Of a DNA stretch of 64,000 bases, positions 31,540 to 42,541 are shown one piece after another (position 1 is the first letter of the stretch; every line of letters begins with the position of its first letter). This DNA comes from Savitreella phatthalungensis (taxonomy: Eukaryota). The stretch is taken from contig AP039689.1 in assembly GCA_051599415.1 (NCBI GenBank), positions 372,001 to 436,000 on the forward strand, read 5' to 3'. The notes under the pieces are model-generated. The model worked only from the letters and a program-made list of their open reading frames with translations, did no database searches and was not told where the DNA came from. Position numbers and translations under genes: made by a program.

Positions 31540-32637
31540 ATGACTGTGCCAAGCTCTCACGTGGAGCGGCAAAAAGATCTTCCTGCCCTGCTGCGGTTTC
31601 ACCAAGCGCTTTATACTGAATCGCCGATCGACACAGATTGCAATGACGCGCCTTTACCGAAGAGGTATAGCTCTGTCGCCAGTAAGGCTGACAACCGGGA
31701 GCCACATCGCACAGCTTTGCAAAGACTATCTCATACGATTGGAGATGTCTATGCAGACGGCGTGCTGTCGCTCGCAGCCTACTGCATCTTGCCGTTTCAT
31801 GAATTCAGGAAGACGATCGGAGTTGCACAACTGCAGGTTTTGGACATGAGGGTGCTCGAGTATCTGCATGATCACTGCGCAGTCAGCCAGGAGAACGAGA
31901 ATTTCCGTTTCTTCCTCATGTGCTGCCTTGCTCGTGGCCGGGCATTCGATCGCAGGTGGCACGTTCAAGCACATGGGTCGCGACTGCCTTCGGTAGCTCT
32001 CAGAGACCTCAAGATCTTTGAGCTGACACTTGACGACTCTGCCATGTCCGAATGGCTCGCTCACCAGGGCGGCATCTTACTCCAACTTGGTCAAGGTCTG
32101 GAAACGTTCACAAGTCTTAAAAGCGTACGAGCAATCACACTATTGTGCCCGGCAGAGGCGGCTACGATGTTGTACCTAGCTCGCGCTCTCTGCTCGGAAT
32201 ACACATTCAAGCACCTCGAGCAACTTGACATCACGAGAGCCGAACTGATATCGCAAGCTGACTTTGATCACTTCTGGGCTCTTCTCCTCGAGGCCAACCG
32301 CCCTCGTTTCGTCTCGCTGAATTCCGAGCAAGAATGGCAGCTTGGCCAGTATCTGGCTGAGCGTCAATTCATGCATTCCTCTCCACGTCCATACGGTGTG
32401 CCAAAAAGCCCCCCATATGGATACAGGATCAAAATCACAATTGGCAAGAAATTGCCAGCCATGCGATCTACCAGGTGGGTTGACATGCAACTCATGAGAG
32501 AGGCAGCTCGATCATCTGATGCTCTTGATTCGATCAGTCACGGAGAAATCAAGACGGCTCTGACCATGGGCCGACTTCGACGTAAAAGGCAGTTGAAAGA
32601 TGTTGAGACTGAGGCATTCCGTCCAAAATCATCTTAG
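31540..32637 (+). CDS. Hypothetical protein (leucine-rich central region)
   Basis: 365-aa ORF; LxxLxx-like stretches (FTSLKSVRAITL, FKHLEQLDIT); no family confidently recognised. Confidence 0.6.
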   Translation: MTVPSSHVERQKDLPALLRFHQALYTESPIDTDCNDAPLPKRYSSVASKADNREPHRTALQRLSHTIGDVYADGVLSLAAYCILPFHEFRKTIGVAQLQVLDMRVLEYLHDHCAVSQENENFRFFLMCCLARGRAFDRRWHVQAHGSRLPSVALRDLKIFELTLDDSAMSEWLAHQGGILLQLGQGLETFTSLKSVRAITLLCPAEAATMLYLARALCSEYTFKHLEQLDITRAELISQADFDHFWALLLEANRPRFVSLNSEQEWQLGQYLAERQFMHSSPRPYGVPKSPPYGYRIKITIGKKLPAMRSTRWVDMQLMREAARSSDALDSISHGEIKTALTMGRLRRKRQLKDVETEAFRPKSS

Positions 32638-33688
32638 CGAATTAGTACGGTGATTCACGAATCAATGATTATGAACTGACTCTGATGTTGGCTGCTTGTC
32701 TTTCATGGCTTCAACTTGTCACATGCGTGGAGAGCATGCTGCACAGCACTGATAGTTACATTAACAAAGGGTAGCCTTGACCAACTTGAAAGTTGTTCAA
32801 TGATCATTTACAAACAAAAAGTTAATGCTCATTCAGAGTGAGCAGGGCGGTGGCCATGATGTGAGTCGGCGACGAGTCGTGAAGCTATGATGTGAGTGGT
32901 CGATGGCAATACACCTCTGATGACGGAAAGACTTGTTCAAGAATATAAAGAGGCAAAATGCCGCTGTGTTTTAGAATTAAGAGCATTCGAACACCGTTAT
33001 ATGCAGTACATACCGCGCTCTACACAATACGATATATTGATACTTGATGCTTTATACTGTATACCTATAGCCAATTGCAATTAATCCACTAGCTCGGGAG
33101 TTGACATGCAAGCAAGCTTGACAAACAATTCCATATATTATTGACGCATTCGGGGCTTTCAGATTCGCGCCATGCATCAGTAAAAATTTATGCAAGATTT
33201 CAAGTGCTGTAAATAGCCTGAAAGTATCCTAAATTATAATTTTATATGGTAAGATATCAATATCCATACGGACCTCAATTAGAGTACTTAACACACCTCG
33301 GTGAACTAGAGCTGTCAAAGCCTGGCTGATGTCAAGCTCATGAGCAGCACATTAGCCACCACCAGTAGGAGCAGGAAAGTGAAACGAGGACGTAGTGCCG
33401 TGGACAACCTTAAAGTGTCCAGTGCACGCGCAAAAACCTCGACTAAGGCAGAGGAAGCGAGGAACTACGTATATCGTCCTCTTTCTCACTCTCCTCTGGC
33501 GAGCTGGACAAATTTAGAATCTCGAGAGGAGAATTCAATAAGAGAGAGAGAGGTGTTGGGCGACACAATCCTCGCTATGCATCTCCGCTAGACCTTCGCT
33601 CCATTCCCACCAGGAGTATGCCCGTGACAGCTGCATCGGAAGCAGGAGACGACACCAGAGGAAAGTCAGAGATCGTTAGGGCTGTGCG

Positions 33689-34846
33689 ATGGTCAAACCG
33701 CAACAGCGCAAGTCGCATCACAATATGGAGACCCGAGGCAGACGGGCACGGCAGGGTGGACCTCGTCAATTCGCATTTGCCTCGGACGCCTCTGACTTTG
33801 ACACACGAAAGCTACAGACTCAGCTTGCACGCAAGTCACTGTATATCAAGGATATCTCCGGTGACGGCAACTGTTTGTTCCGAGCGCTAGCTGACCAACT
33901 CGGGGAGGAAATTGACAAAGATCGTCATCGACAGATCCGCTATGATGTCGTTCAATACCTTCGAGATCGACCCGACGAATTCAGTTTCTTCGTTGAGGAA
34001 GATTATGACGGGTATCTAGACAGAATGGGTAAAGACGGTGTCTATGGCGACAATCTCGAGATTGTTGCTTTCGCTCGTCGCTATGTCAAATATGTAAAGA
34101 TCTATCAGCCGGATCTGGTTTACGTCGTCACACCCGCGGGAGAAGACCAGTGCGATACTGCGAGCGAGGTCTCAGACGCAGAGATGCTCCACATTGCTTA
34201 CCACTCCTGGGAGCACTATTCATCGGTCCGCAACCTGGAAGGGCCACATTCAGGACCACCATTGATTAAACCAGAAGCTCGAGATATACCTGACGAAGCT
34301 GAAGCCAAGTCTGGCAGCAGCAGAGGTGGGGCTTCTGGAATGGAGAAGCAGCTCATCGCGAGTGTTCCTGGCTTAAGTATTGAGCAAGCCAAAGAGGCGC
34401 TCAGAAAGTTTGGCGGGAACATCAATAGGGCTGTGGATCACCTGCTCGAGGAGCGCGAGCTGCAAGAGCAGCTGGCCGCCATTGCTGGCGATGATGCATG
34501 TCCGAGCTCACCTGATGAAGTGAGCAAACCGGCTACTGACGCTGACGAGTCAGCTAAGAGCGAAGACCACGGGGAAGCCCCTTCTCATAAGGATGGCGAA
34601 CAGCGTGAAGCCACGAGTCCTGAAGTGACAAGCTCTCCGAAACGGAAAGCAGGAACGAACAAGCGTGTGCCGGCAAGGCAACGCAAAGAAGACGCCAAGC
34701 GTGCCCAGAAAGCCGCCACCTTGGTTCGTAAACGACAAAATAAGGCCCTCGCAGGTGGGCTTCACCTCGACAAAACTGCCAAGCTGAATGGCGGTTCTTC
34801 GCCTAGTGAAGGGATCGCGTCGGATGTCCGGACTCTCAGGATTTGA
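33689..34846 (+). CDS. OTU-family deubiquitinase (OTUD3-like) with UBA/CUE-like domain
   Basis: GDGNCLFRALADQL catalytic Cys, YGDNLEIVAFAR, HIAYHSWEHYSSVR catalytic His; EALRKFGGNINRAVDHLL UBA-like segment. Confidence 0.88.
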   Translation: MVKPQQRKSHHNMETRGRRARQGGPRQFAFASDASDFDTRKLQTQLARKSLYIKDISGDGNCLFRALADQLGEEIDKDRHRQIRYDVVQYLRDRPDEFSFFVEEDYDGYLDRMGKDGVYGDNLEIVAFARRYVKYVKIYQPDLVYVVTPAGEDQCDTASEVSDAEMLHIAYHSWEHYSSVRNLEGPHSGPPLIKPEARDIPDEAEAKSGSSRGGASGMEKQLIASVPGLSIEQAKEALRKFGGNINRAVDHLLEERELQEQLAAIAGDDACPSSPDEVSKPATDADESAKSEDHGEAPSHKDGEQREATSPEVTSSPKRKAGTNKRVPARQRKEDAKRAQKAATLVRKRQNKALAGGLHLDKTAKLNGGSSPSEGIASDVRTLRI

Positions 34847-35497
34847 AGCGAACAATCACAGAGGATCACAAGGCACTGCCAGAAGCAGCGAGGAGAGCCA
34901 AGGATATGCGACAGCGACGATGATGCCTGATTTACGATACGAAAGCGTCCTATGAAGACGACCTAGCTATGTTGTACGATTTTGGACACGTGCGAAGAAG
35001 CAGCGATGATGACGCAGATGACGCAGATGACCCTAGATGAAAGCATGAGCATTGTTCTGTTGACCGGTGACGTTGAAATCTGCATACGTATCGACAATGA
35101 TGTGAGTTGTCCGCTCGACGTCCCTCGAGTACTTGCCTGAGCCGTTCCTCGCCACCTTCCACGTCGCTCCAAACCTGTTGCGTGTATGCGTTACTGAGAA
35201 CTATGTACTGCATGAATTTAACCAGCATCCTCTCAATTTAGATCGGATCAATTAAATCGATCAGGCACAGCACAAATATTGACTCTCCGACAGTCGAGCA
35301 CTTTGCAGGATCACCAAAAAAGGGATCACACACAAGTGTCTTGGGATACCAGGTCAGGACCACAAAAGGTTGTCCAGGGCAACGCGAGCGACCAGGTACA
35401 AGTCTAGGAGAAAGGGTCGGTTGCGCAAGCTCATTTTGAAAGGGTTTGAGAGAATCGAAGGTCGCGGTCGACAGGTGCTGATAAGAGAGCGAGCAGG

Positions 35498-36085
35498 ATG
35501 CGCGTACACACATGCTACTTCTGCAGCGGTCCCGTGTACCCTGGACACGGGATCATGTTTGTACGGAACGATGCTAAGGAGTTTCGATTCTGCCGATCCA
35601 AGTGCCACAAGAACTTCAAGATGAAGCGAAACCCGCGCAAGGTCCGGTGGACCAAGGCCTTCAGAAAGGCCGCCGGCAAGGAGATGGTGGTCGATGCGAC
35701 TCTGGCATTCGCTGCCAGGAGGGACGCGCCTATCAAGTACAACCGGGAGACTGTGGAGAAGACGGTGGCTGCGATGGAGCGCGTGGCCGAGATTCGGAAC
35801 CGCCGCGAGAGGGCTTTCCACCGGAGCAGGATGGCAGGCAACAAGGAACGCGAGCTCGCGGCTGCCAAGAAACTTGTCGCTGCCAATGTTCCGCAATTCG
35901 CAGGAGTGGTCGGAAACGAGGACGACGTGGACGAGGAAAGTTTGGCAGACGAGGATGTGTCCATGGACGAGGACGAGCTCATGGAAGAATCAGAAGACGA
36001 GCAAGTTGTCAAGCAGAAGAAGAAGACAAAGATTCCGATCCTTCTCAAGAATCAGCAGCGCAAGCGCCAGACTCAGCGCGCCTAG
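35498..36085 (+). CDS. RLP24: Ribosome biogenesis protein Rlp24
   Basis: [57 protein letters not shown]. Confidence 0.97.
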   Translation: MRVHTCYFCSGPVYPGHGIMFVRNDAKEFRFCRSKCHKNFKMKRNPRKVRWTKAFRKAAGKEMVVDATLAFAARRDAPIKYNRETVEKTVAAMERVAEIRNRRERAFHRSRMAGNKERELAAAKKLVAANVPQFAGVVGNEDDVDEESLADEDVSMDEDELMEESEDEQVVKQKKKTKIPILLKNQQRKRQTQRA

Positions 36086-36254
36086 AATCTGTCTTCAGTC
36101 GAGCGCTGCCGAACGCGAGTTGCCTTTTGTACCATATTTATCGAGCAATTTTGTTGCTTCCCTCCCTACGTGTCCGGCCGGGTTTTTGCTTGTTGGTCAT
36201 CTCTGTTTTACTCATTACAAATGCAGGGCGCGTGGACGCCTGCTTCGCTATGTG

Positions 36255-37691
36255 CTATCTGATTGTCATGCCTGTCATCTCCTTCTGCGCGTCGGCCTGA
36301 CGTCGCTTTGGTTGGAGAATCGGCCACATCTTGAGGTTTTCGTCTGCGGATGTGGTGGCGAGGGTCGAGCCATCGGGCGACAGAGCCGAATGGAGGATTC
36401 GTGACTCGTGGGCCTCGAAGGTGACAATTGGTGAGATTGTGTTTTGTGCACTGTATGAGAAGACAGAGATGCTGTTGTCCGGGAAGCCGTGGGTGGACAC
36501 GATCTCACGGTGAGAGTGCGACCAGGTGAGCGACGTGACTTGGGATGCGCAGACTTGCGTGGCTAGACGGGAGCCAGAGGTAGAGCTGAACATGTGAATG
36601 GTCTTGTCAGTCGAGCCACCGCCGGTTGCGAGCAACGAGTTGTTCCATGGGCACCAAGCAAGTGCTTTGACGGCAGCTGTGTGATTTGTCTTTGTGAATT
36701 TGGGAATGCTGGAACGTGCATCCCAGATGTTGACCAGGTTGTCATTGCCACCGCTCGCAAGCTGCTGTCCGTCGGCGCGCCAGGTCAGTCCGCACACCTC
36801 TGCCACGTGCTTATCGAAGGAGGAGACATGGTGTTTGGCGATTCGGACATCGCTGTTGTGGATGTGACCCGAGCGGGAGCCGCTCGTGAGGAGGTGGTTG
36901 TTCCAGGAAAGAGACGATACACGGGCTTGATGTCCTAGCAAGGATCGCATCTTCTGTCCGGTCTCTGCATCGTAGATTGCCATGGTTCCGTCAGTCAGAC
37001 CGACGCCCAAGTGAGCGCCGTCTGGAGCCCAGCGTACAGAGGTGATGTATTCTGATTCGTCGCACTCCAGCAAGGAATTGACGGAGCCCGAATCTGCGTT
37101 CCAGACATAAACGTTCTTGTCGAGTGCAATTGCTATGCAGTTTGATGAGGACCAATCGAGGAGATTGAGATAATAGTCGTCAACAATGCCAGGAGCGTCG
37201 AGGACCCGTTCTGGGACTGTGTTGATCTTCCGCTTTTGTGCCTGTACAGCTGGCCGCAAGGGCTTGTTGTACTGTGTTGTGAGCATGACAGGCTTCGAGC
37301 TTTCTGGCGCTTCAGGCTTGAATGCGAGAATGCGTTGGTTGATGGCAAGACCGCACGCCTCTGCGACCTGCGCAGAGTAGTCGCCAGATGAAGATTGGCA
37401 CTTGGCGTTTGCAGTGTTGACCCGAGGCATGAACCGATCTGCTTGTCTGAAAGTCTTCTTGCGCTTCTGTGGCTGTGGTGTGCCAGTGAGAGTCCATTCA
37501 GAAGTGACCTTGTCAAGGTTGAATGGCGTTCTCCGGGCGTTCTTTGAGATGCTCTTGGGACTCGACCTGCGAGATCCCTGTTGCTGCTGAGCAAACTGAA
37601 GATTCAAGTTCAGATTTCGGGGTGTCAGGGGAGATGCTGCAAAGGAGCGCGAACCAGCGGGCTTCTGAGGTGTGAATAGAGACGACGACAT
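36255..37691 (-). CDS. CDC20: APC/C activator Cdc20/Slp1 (WD40)
   Basis: C-box DRFMP, RILAF, PERVLDAPGIVDDYYLNLLDWS, ASGGNDN, AAVKALAWCPW, C-terminal IR tail. Confidence 0.95.
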   Translation of the reverse strand: MSSSLFTPQKPAGSRSFAASPLTPRNLNLNLQFAQQQQGSRRSSPKSISKNARRTPFNLDKVTSEWTLTGTPQPQKRKKTFRQADRFMPRVNTANAKCQSSSGDYSAQVAEACGLAINQRILAFKPEAPESSKPVMLTTQYNKPLRPAVQAQKRKINTVPERVLDAPGIVDDYYLNLLDWSSSNCIAIALDKNVYVWNADSGSVNSLLECDESEYITSVRWAPDGAHLGVGLTDGTMAIYDAETGQKMRSLLGHQARVSSLSWNNHLLTSGSRSGHIHNSDVRIAKHHVSSFDKHVAEVCGLTWRADGQQLASGGNDNLVNIWDARSSIPKFTKTNHTAAVKALAWCPWNNSLLATGGGSTDKTIHMFSSTSGSRLATQVCASQVTSLTWSHSHREIVSTHGFPDNSISVFSYSAQNTISPIVTFEAHESRILHSALSPDGSTLATTSADENLKMWPILQPKRRQADAQKEMTGMTIR

Positions 37692-38392
37692 TGTTCAATG
37701 ATGCTGATAGATGAAAGAGTTGTTGTGCGATGATGGATAGATGGGAAGTTTCAAGGTAGATCAGATCAGAGACCAGCTCTGCAAGAAGGATACGAGAGGA
37801 GAGGAAGGGAGGGTGGAGGACGAAAGGGAGGTTGAAGATGAAGGGATGACAAGGTGAAGAAGAATTGTGGTGGGTGGGAAAGTGCATCTTAAAAACAGCA
37901 ACGGCTGAGTGAGTGTGACACTCTCAAGTGAACGAATAGGTGATGTAAATGATCATCAGCGAATGACCAGCCACCAGGCATAAATTCAATAAATTCAAAT
38001 CAATTACCATATACTGCATGGAGGGTGATCAAATGGATAAAGTAAAACAGATCTAGACTTATCCTTGCAATGATTAATTTCGTTTGAATTGTGTAATTGA
38101 ATTGAGCTATATATAGCTATCGAATATATTTATTCGTTCGAGTGTAATGTGGATATAACTTATGTGACTGAATCAATTGATTATAAGATATCCTGTACAT
38201 ATACGTATACATTCTGCATTCACATCGAACTGAGTGTCAGGCTCCAGTTGGTCCACACACATGTGTATTAATCCACAGAGCACCAACACAACATGCACGA
38301 AAACAACGCGCTTCCTAAGACTTGCACAAGAGAAGGAGCGTCATCACCGGGTTGAGTATTCGTAGTGTCCGCGCAGGCTATCGTCTTCGTCG

Positions 38393-38854
38393 ATGTCACG
38401 CATGTCTAGGCCATCGGCGCTCAGCGCACGTGCTAGCGGCGCTCATGCAACAGGATCCTCACAATCACAGCTGGGAAATAGTACCCATGGGGCCAGCAAT
38501 AACACTGGAGGCGGCGGTGGTGGCATAGCTGCAAGGATTGCCGCTAAGCAAGCAGAGTATGAAGCCCTGCTGCAGCTGAAGCAACAGTCTGATGCTCTTC
38601 TCAAGGGAATGCGCCAGCTGGAAGGCAAGTTGTCGACCTTGAACGACGGCACCGCCCAGGTCGCAGGAGTTCTCGCAAATTGGGCCAACGTCTTCCGGGC
38701 CATCAACCTCACCACGCTAGCTCTCCAGCATAATAACGATGACGACGATGATGGCGCGGGCGGTGAGCCGGATAGGAATCTTCAGATGCCCGAAACACTC
38801 GTCAGAATACCTGTTGAGACAGGAGCTTCGACCACAACCGGAAACAGCTCATGA
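38393..38854 (+). CDS. DAD2: DASH complex subunit Dad2
   Basis: RIAAKQAEYEAL.QLK..S..L......L..KL..L.DGT..VA.VLANW..VFRAI ... PETLVRIP. Confidence 0.9.
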   Translation: MSRMSRPSALSARASGAHATGSSQSQLGNSTHGASNNTGGGGGGIAARIAAKQAEYEALLQLKQQSDALLKGMRQLEGKLSTLNDGTAQVAGVLANWANVFRAINLTTLALQHNNDDDDDGAGGEPDRNLQMPETLVRIPVETGASTTTGNSS

Positions 38855-38981
38855 CCCTCATTGTAAATATACTCACGCCATAGCGTTTCTCGGTAGCACA
38901 CGTCATCTCTTATTCTCATTGTACATTCACTCGTGTAAAAAGGGCCTTTTAGACCGAAAGGTCTGAAGAGATGCCGCCGCT

Positions 38982-39949
38982 TTATTTGTAGCCGTATTGC
39001 TTCTCCGCGAACGCCCACTGAGTTGCCACACTTTGATCTTTCTCGAACGTGACGGCGATACCGGTGGAAGCGCCAGACTCGTCTGTAGTCGAAGCTACCT
39101 TGGCGACAGTGAACTTGTTGAGACTGCGCGCATCACGGTAGAACAAGACTTTCATGCATTCGTCAAGCACCTTTCGTGCATCGTCGGCCTCCAATGTCTT
39201 CCACGCATCATTGTCAGTGGCCTTGCGGAGGAGTGGAATCGCCATCGCCGACCCCATCCCGGTTGCAATGACCGGAGCAGAGTATGTGGTGCCTAGAAGG
39301 TCAACAAAGCCGAGGAACGCACCCTGACGATTCTTCTGCTCCAGCGACGGCGTCATGGCAGGAGTGACTATACGCCGTGTCACTGGATTGATGCCAGCGA
39401 CGACGATTGCGTTCCACAGAGGATTCATCTTCGAGCGGCGGTTGTACATGACCCGGCTCAAGTACTCGTAGATCTGCTCTGGCCCGAGAATATGACCATC
39501 CGCAGCATCGCGCTCGGAGATCGTCAGCTGGTTAAGCAAATTTTCGATATACTGCAGGTCACTGATGTCTCCGCCGATGCCAATGATCGTGTGGTCGCCG
39601 ACCTTGAGAATTCGCTCAATATCGCGGAAACGCGCCATAGATCCGTAGCTGGCTAGATTATCTGCTGCCAGCATGACTCCATCCTTGTATTTCAGACCGA
39701 TGACAGAAGTACCCGTGACGATCGGTGATGTCGTGTGCGTTCGCGGATCTGAGGCTACATCATGATTATAACTTACAGCAGCGGCAGAGCTACTGGCCGG
39801 CACGAAGTTGCGGTCGGCAACATATCCCTGCCGAAGGTCTTCACCTTTATGTGACCATGGCCTAGAAAGGTGTCAGTCATGTATTCCTCGAAGCGCGTGT
39901 GAATTTTAGCCTTGACTTACTCAGTGAAGGTGAGATGGTTGAGTGACAT
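38982..39949 (-). CDS. PRE4: 20S proteasome beta-7 subunit (exons 39949-39921, 39861-38982)
   Basis: HTTSPIVTGTSVIGLKYKDGVMLAADNLASYGSMARF, MYNRRSKMNPLWN, MKVLFYRDARSLN; intron 39862-39920 GTAAGT..CTGAC..TAG gives MSLNHLTFTEPW. Confidence 0.95.
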
Positions 39950-40371
39950 GTTCGAGCACACTAGTCAGCTGCCCGTTGTCCACTCAAATGGCTGTCGACT
40001 GTATAAATTACCTGTTGGCTTATGTGTCCTCCGAGAGAGTGCGTACGTGTGTACGTACGTAGGCAATTGATACACAGCGTAGTAGCGGCATACGGGACAG
40101 GCGCACTCGAAATTGATCATGGGGCCGCATCGAATGCACGTCAGCCACGCAAAACTAAGCCGCGTCATTTCTTTCAAGGAAATCAAGTTTGATCGATTGA
40201 GCACCATGCAGCACGGGTAATTGGAATCACGAATATCTGTTCGTCGATGCTGGTCATGCGTTGTTTTGTAGAATTACTCTCGAGTCAGTGTGCCCTGGGA
40301 TTCCGTCGATGTGTTCGTTCTGTAAGAGTGCATAAATCGTGTCATTCATCACCTAGTACTTGAGGTCTATT

Positions 40372-41601
40372 CTACTGCAATCCTTCTTCATCCGTCAACA
40401 GATCATCCTCCTCAACCTGGGAGTCCAGTCTATCTGGAAGTCCTCCGCTGCTCGATGGTGGCGAACACTGTCGAGCTGACTGGATCTGATCCTGCGTGAC
40501 CGTTCTTCGGGTCCTCAAAGGCGGTCTCGAGCCACTGACGATTGTCAGTACGCGAGCTCGTCGCTCTGTTTCGTTGCAATGGTCTTTGAATCGTGTCCAC
40601 TCGCCCTTGTTCAAGAAAAGCAAACCCAACAGCATGCTCGGATCCGCATCGGAGATATCCATGCAGCGCACTCGTCTTGTATGAACAGATGTAAGCTCCT
40701 CATTTGTATACAGATCGTCTGTGTCTGATCGAAGCGGCAACGCCGGCTTCGGAAGATGTGGATCCAAGTAGAAGATTGAAGATCCTTGTCGCGCGAAGAA
40801 GAAATGCGCAGAAGCCGGTCGTCCGCCCGCCACACCGATCAATTCCTCGCGATTGAAGAGCCCAAGAAACGAAGCCCGATACTGCTCATGAACTCCACTT
40901 ATGCCGAGACGATGTGGGACCAATAACAGGAGGGCAGAACTTGAACTCCCCGCCCATTTCTGCAATAGATCACCCTCGTAAATTGTGCCCGCACTGTCGG
41001 CATCCAGATACACGGTCAGTGGAGAGTCGGCGCACTCGTCGTTGAGTCTTTCGATGCAACGAGCAGCAGCTGACGGACCGAACCACTGACCTTCCGCAAC
41101 GCCGCAAGCTGCAGCGCCGTTCGCAACGAAGCGGTGAATGCCGAAAGGTGCGCGCTCATCGTCAGCGAACGAGCGTAACAAGTCCTGTTCGAACGTTCTA
41201 TCAACCTCTGCCTGTCGACTTAATCGCCAAGTGCGGCCGACCCGCTTGGCGACTAATGCATTTGCGAGCAGCGTCTGCGCCGATCTAATCATGCAGCCGA
41301 AGCCCGTATCACTTGTCAGCGCATCGAGTCCAAAGCGGCTCGTAATTGAACGTGCTCCGGTCGATGAGGTTGAGGCGCGAGCAATCTGAGAGAATCCAGT
41401 ACGGTAAGTGAACCAGAAGAGCGATTCTTGGTGCCGCAGAAATTCTTCCGGCCAAGATCGAGACTGGGTTTCGGTGCTGCTATCTACATCGCTGCTCGTC
41501 CCGTAGCGCTGTCCTAGACAGATGATGGGCTCCCGCGGACGCTCGTTCATAGGCTCTGGATCCCACAAATACCTTCGTACAGCGCGACTCAGAGAGTCCA
41601 T
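40372..41601 (-). CDS. ATG4: Autophagy cysteine protease Atg4
   Basis: WFTYRTGF, TSDTGFGCMIRSAQ (catalytic Cys), GQWFGPS, GGRPASAH, YLDPH (catalytic Asp/His), DPSMLLG. Confidence 0.93.
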   Translation of the reverse strand: MDSLSRAVRRYLWDPEPMNERPREPIICLGQRYGTSSDVDSSTETQSRSWPEEFLRHQESLFWFTYRTGFSQIARASTSSTGARSITSRFGLDALTSDTGFGCMIRSAQTLLANALVAKRVGRTWRLSRQAEVDRTFEQDLLRSFADDERAPFGIHRFVANGAAACGVAEGQWFGPSAAARCIERLNDECADSPLTVYLDADSAGTIYEGDLLQKWAGSSSSALLLLVPHRLGISGVHEQYRASFLGLFNREELIGVAGGRPASAHFFFARQGSSIFYLDPHLPKPALPLRSDTDDLYTNEELTSVHTRRVRCMDISDADPSMLLGLLFLNKGEWTRFKDHCNETERRARVLTIVSGSRPPLRTRRTVTQDQIQSARQCSPPSSSGGLPDRLDSQVEEDDLLTDEEGLQ

Positions 41602-41711
41602 GTATATCCGTTCAAACCTGAGCTGGCTGAGGAGGCTCGGTCATGCGACCTCGCGCGCTGCGTTGAAACGCTTGCACGGGCAGGCTGTCGAGCTGTATGG
41701 CCTGTTGACTG

Positions 41712-41749
41712 CTGTGACGTACACTGTGAAGTACACTGTGAAGTGTACA
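41712..41749. repeat. 12-bp tandem repeat x3 in ATG4/PSF1 divergent intergenic region
   Basis: CTGTGACGTACA CTGTGAAGTACA CTGTGAAGTGTACA. Confidence 0.75.
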
Positions 41750-41885
41750 AAGAGATCAATATTGATCTGTTTGGCGCGTCTTCCCAAATTGGCCATGGAA
41801 CGAACCCCAATATCACTCACTACAAGAAAGCGCGCTGCTGAGACCGAGAGTGAAGCACACCCCTTGACTACCGACTGCAAGGATC

Positions 41886-42518
41886 ATGTATGGCGACCTG
41901 GCAATGAAGCTGGTGGCCGATGCCAAGCGGACGGCAAGTCTCGATCATTTGCCTGCTTACCAGAGTGAAGTGGTTCGCGGAGTCGTGCGGGAGATGAAGG
42001 CGCTCGAGTCGGAACAACAACGATTACTCGAGGCACATGGCGGGGCAGCTCATTTCGACCATACAGAGCATCCAGAGGCAGCGGTCCAGATTCTCGTACA
42101 ACACATCAGTAAGCAACGGAACAAACGCTGCCTCCTCGCCTATCTCAAGCAGCGCACGAAACGAATTGAGAATCTATGCTGGGCAGAGACACTAGACCTT
42201 ACAGCAAGCGCCAGCGGTAGCGGCGCGGAAGAAATTGTATCGAGCTCGCGAGACCTGCTTGGCCCCGAAGAGCAGGACTACGCACGGCGATACACTGAGT
42301 TGCTTGCTGCCTTCAAGGGGCAACTGACGGATATTGATCTGACCGGGTCAGTAGATCCGCCAAGGGATTTATACGTCGACGTGCGCGTGCTTAAAGATGC
42401 GGGCGAAGTTCAAACTGAATATGGCAGCATGCTCCTGACTAAGGACTCGACATTCTTTGCCCGATTTTCTGATGTCGAGCGCCTGATTCGACAAGGATTT
42501 CTGCAACGGATAGGCTGA
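41886..42518 (+). CDS. PSF1: GINS complex subunit Psf1
   Basis: MYGDLAMKLV, RNKRCLLAY, DIDLTGSVDPPRDLYVDVRVLKDAGEVQTEYG, DVERLIRQGFL. Confidence 0.96.
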   Translation: MYGDLAMKLVADAKRTASLDHLPAYQSEVVRGVVREMKALESEQQRLLEAHGGAAHFDHTEHPEAAVQILVQHISKQRNKRCLLAYLKQRTKRIENLCWAETLDLTASASGSGAEEIVSSSRDLLGPEEQDYARRYTELLAAFKGQLTDIDLTGSVDPPRDLYVDVRVLKDAGEVQTEYGSMLLTKDSTFFARFSDVERLIRQGFLQRIG

Positions 42519-42541
42519 AGCCTGGATCCGTTCTCGATGTT

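Noticed and set aside
34900..35140. ATGATG/CTGA words suggesting box C/D snoRNAs downstream of the OTU gene
   Set aside because: Spacing is inconsistent, I recognised no terminal stems or rRNA guide, and a short GATGACGCA tandem repeat explains part of it.
35602..36404. Two overlapping ORFs of over 230 aa in alternative frames of RLP24
   Set aside because: Frame shadows of a GC-rich, codon-biased gene; they also overlap the CDC20 3' end.
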